A program made the translations under genes and the position numbers. Shown piece by piece: positions 52,034 to 61,790 of a stretch of DNA of 64,000 nucleotides. The stretch covers positions 5,208,001-5,272,000 of the forward strand of contig JBHGNT010000003.1 of NCBI GenBank assembly GCA_043228905.1. Direction: 5' to 3'. The notes below the pieces were generated by a model. It had not been told where the DNA came from. It searched no databases and worked only from the letters and a program-made list of their open reading frames with translations. The DNA is from Azolla caroliniana. Its lineage: Eukaryota; Plantae; Polypodiophyta. Numbering within the stretch: the stretch's first letter is position 1; each line of letters starts with the position of its first letter.

Positions 52034-52811
52034 TCTTATATATATATATATATGTAGAACTAGTTGCGCTTGTAAGTGGGATAATTCATTGAGAGTATAA
52101 ACATTGAGAAAAAGCATGAAAGTATACTTAAGTGAAAAAGCGAGCACGTGAGTTATATAAGAATATATATTGCAAGAGAAGAGTGAGCTATTATAGAGTG
52201 GCTGTGAGAGTGACATAACTTGAAAGTTGAGTGTGAGAGAAAGAACGAAGAGTGCAACAGAAAGGAAGAGTGACAAAAACAGAGAAGTTTTAGAAGCTTC
52301 AAAAGGGATAGATACCTACGAGTTAGGGTTTGGTGTGCTTGGCTAAAATCATGGTTTTAGAGTATACTCAGACCAGATCATGTTCTATCATTCAGTGATT
52401 GTATTTTGTTTTACTTCATAGTGGAAATTTTTGTTCCATGGTTTTTCCTTGAAATCAAGGTTTTCCACGTAAATCGTGTGCTACTCATTCTATTTCTGTG
52501 TGTCTCTAAGTTTATTTGTAACTTTCGTTTAAGTGAAATCATTTCAATTTGGTATCAAAGAATAGGTTGTAGATGGAAGGAGGTGCGAGTGGCTTTCCTA
52601 GGATAATTGTCATAAACTCACAAAACTACTTAGATTGGAAGATCAAATTGGAAGATGATAGTCTAAGATTTATATGAGCCTGTAGAAAAGAAGGCAGTGG
52701 CAACTATAAGACAATATGTAGACATTAGCGTCCTACAACATGTAGCAAGTGATACCAATGCCTTCGAGTTATGGCATAAACTTTCTGCACTTTACGAAAG
52801 GAAAAATGCCC
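51885..52811 (+). mobile_element. Copia 5' LTR (start approximate, ends ~52546), PBS and gag stub
   Basis: PBS tggtatcaaag 52550-52560; gag-like WKIKLED, ATIRQYVD, ELWHKLSALYERKNA. Confidence 0.75.
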
Positions 52812-53986
52812 AGAATCAAGCTCAACTTGGTCTAGTGTGTGAACTCCCTTTGAGAGTGAATAGACACTCCAATAGTCAAGAGTCACCATTATGTCACCAC
52901 TTTGTATTCTAGCATTTAGTATGAGTCATAGAATCATATTCTATGACACATAACTTATGAGCTTTCACATTCCCCATGCTCCATGAGTCTTGTAGTTAAT
53001 GAAGAGAGAGGGGGACTATATAAAGCACCCTCCTCCCACCTTGTATAATGTCGAGTCTTTCTCCTTTGTTAATATACTTTGCCTTGCGTAATCTCTGTGT
53101 CTTACTCCTTGTCTCTCTCACTCACTCTCTCTCTCTCTCATACACACACACAGTTCATATCTATTCCGCTGCACATAATCTATCTCTTGATTCTTTACAT
53201 GGTATCAGAGTGAGGTCGGTAGCTCCATCTAGCCCATTAGCGTGCGTTGTGTCCTACGTTGACAACCAAGAACCGGCTCATCGCTATCGTAGCTTCGCTC
53301 CATAGCTCGCATTCGAAGAGAGAAGAAGAAGAAGAAGAAGAATCGACATAATGAATACTCAAATGGGGAGCGCTCTCCCTACCGAGAAGTTGGATCGAAA
53401 CAACTTCACATCTTGGGAGTACAAGATACACCAATACCTTGTCGGACAAGGCTATTGGAGATACATCAAAGGAGAGCACGAAGACCGACCCGCCGAAGCG
53501 GCTCTCGGATATGCGACATGGGAGCAAGCTGCAAGCCGCGTGATGTATTGCTTGGCGACTTGTGTTCACGATCACATGCTCGGCTACATTCGTGAAGCCA
53601 AGATGCCGAAGGAGGCATGGGAAAATCTACGAAAGATTTTCGTGGCGAACACAACCACAAGAAAGCTTCAACTCCGCCAAGAGTTGAACAACATTCAACA
53701 AAAGGACATTTCCATCACGACATACACCTCGAAGATCAAGGAGCTTTGCGATTCGCTCAGCTCGATAAGCGTAAATATCGATGATGATGAGATGGTGCAA
53801 ATATGCCTCAGTGGCCTTGCACCACGGTTCGACGCGATGTGAACCGCCGTTCTAGCACGGGAGACATCTCCCTCCTTCTTCGAGCTCCAATCAATGCTAT
53901 TGGTCGAAGAAAACCACATGCGTACAAGGAGCAATGAGTTGGAAGGCCACATGCTCTACACGCACTCGAATGGTGGAAGAGGACGT

Positions 53987-55093
53987 TGTCGTGAAAATCC
54001 GTCACTATGTGCGGATCGTGAGACGGAACCGACGGGGTTCTGGACTAGAAGGATTTAGAGCAACATGTACAACACAAGCAAGTTTTAAGCATGAGACAAG
54101 AGGGAGAGACAAATCATTAGTTTATTGCAAAAGAAAATCAATTCTTTATAATTTCAGAATCGTGTTACAATGGCTTGGGTATGGAAATTAGAGGTTAATT
54201 TTTCAAAGAAAGGATCCAACAACCATGCAAGGAGTGGTCCGATATGAATACCAGAGATAATTTTTGACAAGAAAGATCAAGTAAACAAAGCTAGGAGTTT
54301 GATATCAATATGTGAGATCATTTGTTTCTCGAATCCGAGAGGGAAGAAGAAGGAAGGGGGGGGGGGGGGGGGGGGGGAACTAGGAGGAAAAAAAATGGGA
54401 CATATATTGAGCTCCTCGTTGATCCTCCTCCCCAATGTTACTTTGCATGCCCACTTTTAGTTGGATGGCCTCTATTTTTAGTTGCATGGCCTCTGCTTTT
54501 AGTTGCATGCTTCCATTTTTAGATGCATGCATTTTACTTTTAGTTGCATGGCCTTGGCTTTTGGTTGCATGCGATGCATGCGCGTGTGCGCACACACGCA
54601 TCCGCACGCTCGTCCGCACATAAGCATCCGGCTGAAACGTCCACGCATACGCCCGAAACTTGCACACGCGCGTACATCCGAAGACGTCCATGCGCGCGTA
54701 CGTCCGAAAACGTCCACGCAGCCATGCGCACGCGCGTACACCCGAAGCGTGTACACCACACAATGTAGCCCAAATCACCTTGAATATTCTGTGTTCCACA
54801 CATTGATAGCTTGAATATTCTGGGATATCTCACAGTTTTGTCTTTTCTTTCTTCTTCTTCAAACTTCACACTCACATAGCTTGATACTTGTTTATCCGTT
54901 TCATGCGTAGTAAAATACGCTATGAAACTCTTCAAACTTCATACTCACATAGCTTGATACTTGTTTATCCATTTCATGAATAGTAAAATACGTTATGAAA
55001 CTCTTGAAGACACCTATTTATATGAATACATTAAGCTAATCTTAAATAATTATTTTACTAGTTTTCATATTGTGTGTGAAAAACCACACGACA
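53987..55093. mobile_element. 1.1-kb solo-LTR-like insertion in copia gag
   Basis: Terminal inverted TGTCGTG...CACGACA; flanks acgt/acgc; host gag homology resumes just after; contains a G-run, ~20-bp repeats, a CpG/RY-rich tract and a 73-bp tandem duplication (54858-55003). Confidence 0.75.
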
Positions 55094-56990
55094 ACGCAAA
55101 TGAGCGAGAGGCCGATTCGGCCAAGGACAAGGCGGACGAGGTCCGACCTACGACAACAACTCCCAATTTTGGCCACAAAATGGACGCCAACGATGAACCT
55201 TCGCAAGAAGGGGGAGCTTCCACTCTGGCCCGAGCCGTCAAAACGCAACCGAATGCGGATATTGCGGAAAGTTTGGCCACCACGAAGAAGAGTGCCGAAA
55301 GAAGATGCCTGAATCGGCTTCCACAAGCCGACAACTCACGAATTACGCGCACAATTCCGACCACGAAGAGAATAGCGGAATGTACGGGCACAACTCCGAC
55401 TACGAAGATCGTGGTGGAATGTACGCACACAACTCCGACCGTGGCGGAATGTTCATGATGAAACATAGAGCAAACTCTATGTCGGCCTCCACCTCAACTA
55501 GTGCCCTCAATCCGGAGGACATATGGTTTGTTGACTCTGAAGCCTCAAACCATATGACATCTCATAAAGAATGGTTTCTCGAACTTTGAGAGTCGGAGCG
55601 ACCCGGTTATGTCGAAACCGGAGCCTGATTTGGCACATCGGCGATGTTACATTCTGCGAAAGAGGTAAGCAAACATATATTAAAATTTTCTTGCATGTTC
55701 CCACCATCACGAAGAATTTGGTCTCGCTTGGCCAAATGGTTGAGCAAGGGATGCAAGTACAATTCGACCAAGAAGGGTGCTTCGTCGAAAAAGAGGGCCG
55801 AATCATCACGCGCGGAAGAAGAGAGGGCCGGATGTTCATTCTCGATTCACACGAGACGAAATCCGCCATGTTCGCCAAAACCACGAAAGCCGAATCCGAC
55901 ATAGAGCTATGGCACAAGCGAATTGGCCACATTAATCTCAGCAAACTCAAAGCAATGAAATCGAAAGGAGTCATCATCGGATTCCCAACATTCAAAGAGA
56001 AGGAGATTCAAGGTGTATGCAAAGCGTGCCGATTCCGCAAGCAACATCGACACCCATTCCCGAAAGAGCGGAACGGAGCAAAGGTCTACTCGATGTAATC
56101 CATTCCGACGTATGGGGACCGGCGCAGACGGCTACATTCGGCGGGAGCCAATATTACGTGCTCTTCATCGACGACTTCTCTAGGCACACTTGGATCTATC
56201 CGATGCGGCAAAATAGCGGTGTTCGGACACTTCCAAAACTTCAAGAATGAAGTCGAGAAAGCCACGGGCCGTCATGTACGATGCCTTCGATCGGATGGCA
56301 GTAAGGAGTACTTCTCGGACGATTTTACGGCGTATCTCCGAAAGGAAGGAATTCGGCGAGAATTCACTTGCTGACACACTCCGCAACAAAACGGAGTAGC
56401 CGAGCGCAAAAATCGGCACATCCTCGAAGTAGCGCGGGCCATGATGAACAAGAAGCTTATGCCCAAGTCATATTGGGACGAAGCTGCAAATATGGCCGTC
56501 TACCTAATGAACTGGTGCATAACATCCGGAGTGCACGAGGTCACTCCGCACGAAAAATACTTCGGAAAGAAGCCGGACTTTGTCGCGACCCAAGCTTCGA
56601 AGACAAGGTCGATTTCGAAGGAAAGAAGATAATAACAAACAAGAAGACGTTTACAAGACAAAAATACAAGAATTTCTATTATCGGAAACCGAGATTACAA
56701 GGTTGTTGAAGATTGGTGTTGAACCGGAATGGTTCAACACTAAGCAGATCTTCGATTTATATACTGTACATCAGAATGTGCATGATCGCCATTTGGCATA
56801 CATGTTGTGCGCCACTTGGCGTACAGGGTGCATGCCATTTGGCGGTCATCTAATGTGTCTAGTGTTCTAGAGTTCTTGAATAATAATAATATGAAATTTA
56901 TTAATGAAAATGAGTTGGTGCAATGGTTGAAGTGTAAGACCATTGTTTGAAGGTCACAAGTTCAAACCTTGATATTCACATTTTGTGACA

Positions 56991-59900
56991 TCATCCCCTC
57001 CTTTGACGACGAGTTCCATGAGTCGCAATGCATGAACTAGGTTTTGGTTTATGGGGATAACGAAGATGAAACTCTTGTATAAGTTCAGAGGCATTAGTGA
57101 CGTTCGTTGCAGGTTCCCATGTCTGATCCGCAGGCATGTATCCCAGCCAATCTACTAGATAATATAACTTATTGCGGATGACCTTAGAGTCCAAAATAGC
57201 TTCTACTTCATATTCAGGTCCTTCAACAAGTTGAACTGGAGGTGGTGGTGGGATAACCCGATTTGGAATAGAACTTGATGTCTATGGTTCTAATAATGAA
57301 ACATGAAATATTGGATGAAGACGCATATGTGAAGGTAGGTCCAGACGAAATGCAACATCGTTGACTTGATGAGAGATTACAAATGGACCTAGCCATTGGA
57401 AATCCAATTTGGCACTTGGTCGAGTAGTTTTCACATTACGACGCAATAACCAGACACGATCACCAACTTTAAACTTAGGGTCTTCAAGTGAAGAATCTAA
57501 GCAATGTTTATCCACCACCTTCTTGTACTTTGGCTTGAGCATGAAGCAAATTGTGAGAAAGGTTGGTTTGAATTTCTTTGAGTTTTTCTAGACGATCTTT
57601 GACCGTGGGATTTTTTGAGACTTTTGGACATTCGAGCATCATCCATCGAGGATGATATCCCATGTTTGCAAAGAACGGAGTGAATCCCGTAGAAGAATGG
57701 ATTGAATTATTGTAAGCAAATTCTGCCATATGTAAGAAATCCATCCAATCATCTTGTTGATAGTTGATAAAGCAACGGAGATATTGTTCTAATGTTTGAT
57801 TTGTGTGTTCCATTTGCCCATCGGTTTGAGGATGGTAGCTTGAAGATAGTTTACGAGAAATTCCAAGGCTCTCAAGTAAGTGTGTCCAAAACTTTGCAAT
57901 AAATTGTGGTCCACGATCACTAATGATTTCATCTGGAAGGCCATGGTGCTTGAAAACTTCTCGCATAACAAGACTTGTCAATTCTTGACTAGTAAAAGTT
58001 TTTCTACATGGAAGAAAATGTGCCATTTTTTTAAAGCGATCCACCACTGTAAGAATTGCATCATAGCCTTGGGAAGATGGGAGATCTGTGATGAAATAGA
58101 CAGAAATGGATTTCCATGGACCATCTGGAATGGGCAATGGGTGCAACAAACCATATGGCCGATGTCAAGGCATCTTTGATCGACAACATACATCACAAGT
58201 AGAAACATAGTCTATGACAAACTGACGAACCTGAGGCCACCAATAGTTTTGGGTAACTAGCTCTAATGTTTTCAAAACTCCGAAATGTCCAGCTAGTGGT
58301 AAATCATGGCAATGATGCAAGATTTCAAGTCGAAAAGGTCCATCGGGAATATAAGTACGGTTGTTTCGAAAAAGCAACCCATCATGCCAACTGAAGTTTC
58401 CATAATCCATGCGAGAAAACTTGGAGTGTGAACAAGAAGTACGATCTGGAACAATGTGGTCTAAAATATCTTGTGCAAAATCATCTGAACCAATGCTCGA
58501 GTGAATAGAATCGAGAAATTTTGAATCCAAAGTTGTCTCAGCAACAGTTGTCACCATTAATCGTAGACGACTAGGGCTCAAAAGGACTTGTTCTTGATTG
58601 TCATAAGTTGGGTCCCCCGGTTTTGGTGCAAAATAAGAGCGTCTTGATAAGGCATCAGCTTTACCTTGTTGTGTTCCTGGTCGATATGTTATCACAAAGT
58701 TGAACCGTGTTAGAAATTGTGCCCACCGATCTTGTCATCGATTTAGAACTCGAGCATTTTGAAAGTCTGTGAGGTTTTTATGATCGTTGTAAACAATAAT
58801 TTGGTGGGGAGAACCTTCCAAGAAGTGACGCCATTGTTCGAAAGAATCAACAATTGCCAACAATTCTTTGTCATGGATTTCATAATTGATTTCTGCAGGT
58901 TCAAACTTTCTTGAATGAAATGCAACTGGATGTAATTTCTCATCATCCGCTGCTTGCGATAGAACATTTCCTAGTGCAAAATCAGATGCATCTACTTCTA
59001 TGATAAACGGCTTTTTAAGGTCAATGTGGACCAAAATGGGAGCAAATGTAAATGCTTGCTTCAAGCTATCAAATGCATCAGCTGCACTTGATGTCCATAC
59101 AAATGGTCGGTTCTTCTATGTTAGTTCCGTGAGGGGCAAAACAACTTTTGAGTAACTCTTGATGAACTTGCGGTAGAAATTCGCAAATCCCAAGAAACAT
59201 TGCAGATCACGAACTGAGCCTGGTGTCTTCCAATCTAGAATTGTTTGTACTTTCTTTGGATCCATAAAAATACCTTCTAGAGAGACCATATACCCTAGAA
59301 ACTTGACTTGATTGCGGTCAAAGCAACACTTCTCTAGTTTGGCATAAAGACCAAATTCCCGTAATTGTTGTAGAACTTGTCGAACATGATTATTATGCTC
59401 CTCTTGTGTCTTTGAGTAGATTACTATGTCATCCAAGTAAATTATCGTGAAGATATCAAGGAAATCTTGAAAGTTATCATTTGCCATATGTTGGAAAATT
59501 GTTGGAGAATTTGTAAGCCCGAATGGCATTCCTGTGTACTCAAAGTGACCATATCGTGTGCGAAAAGCAGTTTTCCATTCATCACCAGGTCGAATACGAA
59601 CAAGGTTGTAAGCTCCTCATAAGTCTAGCCTTGTGAAGTATTTGGCCCCATTGAGACATTCCAAGAGATTTGGAATCAATGGTAGAGCATATCGATTTCA
59701 AATCATAACCTTGTTCATGCCTCGATAGTCTATGACCAAATGTAAAGAGCCATCTTTCTTCTTAACAAAAAAAATAGGAGCCCCAACAGGAGATCGGGAA
59801 TGTCGAATAAAGCCATTTGCAAGATTCTCATCAATATATTCTCGAAGAACTTTCAATTCTGACGGCGAAAGGTTGTAAATTGGTCCCCATGGTAGTTCCT

Positions 59901-60600
59901 TCTCAGCATGCAAATCAATGGGACAATCATACGGGCGATGATCAGGAAGTGTTGTGGCCTTTACCTTATCAAACACATCAGAAAATTCTAGATACTTTGA
60001 TGGCAAATGGACCTCTGAATCTTGTGGGTTTCAGAATGGGGTTATGACCACTGCAAACACAAACATATCTTCTATTGTAGCTTCTTTATGTAATCTTTTG
60101 AGAGAGATAGTTGATATATGTCTTGGTGTTAACTTTGAGGTTGATGTGGTGATCAACTTTAAAGTGTTGTCTCATGAGTCTATGATTTCCTGATTCTTCC
60201 AATCAATCTTTGGATTATGAAGTTCAAACCACGGCAACCCAAGAACAATTGGATGTTCGGGACTGCTTATGATATTAAAAGATATTACAGTAGCTAAATT
60301 ACCAAGAACTACACGAATAGGCTCTGATTCTTCAGTAATATCTGCTGATGCAATAGAACGTCCATCGATTACTGCTATTGATGTTGGATGAGGAAGCTTA
60401 TAGAGTAGAATTTCTTGTGTTGTGGCAAAATCCCGATGCATGAAACATGAGTTGGCTCCTGAATCCAAGAGCGCAGATGCAAGAACTTGATGACATCTTG
60501 ATGTGCTGAGTTGAACTTGTGCTGTGAAAACTTCACTGAGTCGGTTCGATGAAATGGAACCTAAGCTCGGAACAAGTTCTATATACTTTGGTTGGTCCAA
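56991..60600 (-). pseudogene. pol: Chromovirus Pol (PR-RT-RNase H-INT-chromodomain), disrupted
   Basis: LLDSGA; MPFGL, YLDD; VDASD, YEIHDKELLAI; GHFG, SDRGPQF, HPQTDGQ; GPF motif; chromodomain YEVEAILD...YLVDWLGY...TWEP. Confidence 0.92.
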
Positions 60601-60764
60601 CCAAATGGCTCCGATTTTGGCTGGACTTACTTGTTTAACAGCTCATCTAGTTGGCTTAGAACATCAAAACTATTGGATTGAGGGTTGTTGACAAGAGTTC
60701 TTGGTTTATTGGCTTTGACTAGAGAACATGAATCAAAATTCTCAATAGCACTTACTTGATTTAA

Positions 60765-61733
60765 TTATCTCTTTGGTAGACAATGTATTGCTATATGTCC
60801 TGGACCACCACAATATAGGCAAAGTCGATTTGCTCGACGTCGTTGTTTCTCGGCTTCGGACAAAGGACCTCGACGACGTGCTGCATCAATCTCCATTGGA
60901 GTAGGTCCATTAAAAGAATTAGGATTAGGAACTTGCATTGGTCCTAAAGGTGGTGAGGCTAATGCTGAGGCATATGTTTGCTCAGCTCTAAGGCATGTCG
61001 ACGTTTGTTGGCGCTGAGAACGTCTTTCGAACAAACGATTGTCACATCGAACTGCATGGCTAATAGCTTCTGTCAGTGATTTGGGTTCATCATGAAATGT
61101 TAAGAGAAAGTCTTTAAAATCATTACACAAACCATGCCGAAACAAGTCCATCATCGTTGCTTCATCCCAAGGGATATCACAAGTTGAGGCTGGCTGATCT
61201 CCTTGGTGCAACCTACGTATCTTGTTTATTGCTGTTCTTACACTATCAGTATCACCAAAACTAGCTTGGAATTCATTTTTAAAGGTATCAAAGTTTTCTA
61301 GTATTGGGGATTTCTTCTCTAGCAATGGTGCAAACCATGCCAGTGCGGTTCCTGTCAATAATGTTCCAACTAACCCCATTCGAGCTGCGTCAGTTGGATA
61401 TCGGTTGGGATGCATATGAATTATAAGGCGTACCTGATTTAAGAATCCTCGGAATTGAGACCTTGTACCATCAAATTTTGTTGGTAAACTAATTTTCGGT
61501 TCTTTCAACAAACTTTGAGAGGTTGAAGCTTGTTGTCGAAGAGATAACACAATAGCTTCAAGTTGTTCGACAGGTTTCGAGAGTTCCTCATGTTGTTGTG
61601 CCTTTTCAACGCTCACTTGTTGCAAGTCGCCAAGAAGTTTATGATTCTCTTGTTCCAATGCAACAAATTTTGTTGGTAGGAGGTCAAGTTCTGAGAGAAT
61701 ACCCATATACTCTTGCTTACTGACGGTCTCCAT
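60765..61733 (-). CDS. gag: Chromovirus Gag
   Basis: 322-aa ORF with PTKFDG, LTGTALAWF, PTPMEID and knuckle CLYCGGPGHIAIHC. Confidence 0.85.
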   Translation of the reverse strand: METVSKQEYMGILSELDLLPTKFVALEQENHKLLGDLQQVSVEKAQQHEELSKPVEQLEAIVLSLRQQASTSQSLLKEPKISLPTKFDGTRSQFRGFLNQVRLIIHMHPNRYPTDAARMGLVGTLLTGTALAWFAPLLEKKSPILENFDTFKNEFQASFGDTDSVRTAINKIRRLHQGDQPASTCDIPWDEATMMDLFRHGLCNDFKDFLLTFHDEPKSLTEAISHAVRCDNRLFERRSQRQQTSTCLRAEQTYASALASPPLGPMQVPNPNSFNGPTPMEIDAARRRGPLSEAEKQRRRANRLCLYCGGPGHIAIHCLPKR

Positions 61734-61778
61734 TGTGACGGAGAAACTTCACTAGATACTCGAGAAAAAAAATGTGGG

Positions 61779-61790
61779 ATTCCGGTTCAA
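61779..61790 (-). promoter_or_regulatory. Self-priming primer-binding site complementary to the predicted transcript 5' end
   Basis: TTGAACCGGAAT lies 2 nt after the 5' LTR and is the exact complement of ATTCCGGTTCAA at 61942-61931, which starts 33 nt after TATATAA (61975). Confidence 0.8.

Noticed and set aside
54380-54935. Several overlapping Cys/Arg/Ala-rich ORFs
   Set aside because: By-product of a stop-poor RY/CpG tract within a solo-LTR-like insert.
56907-56984. Possible functional tRNA gene
   Set aside because: The D-arm and anticodon arm are not canonical; kept only as a tRNA-like finding.
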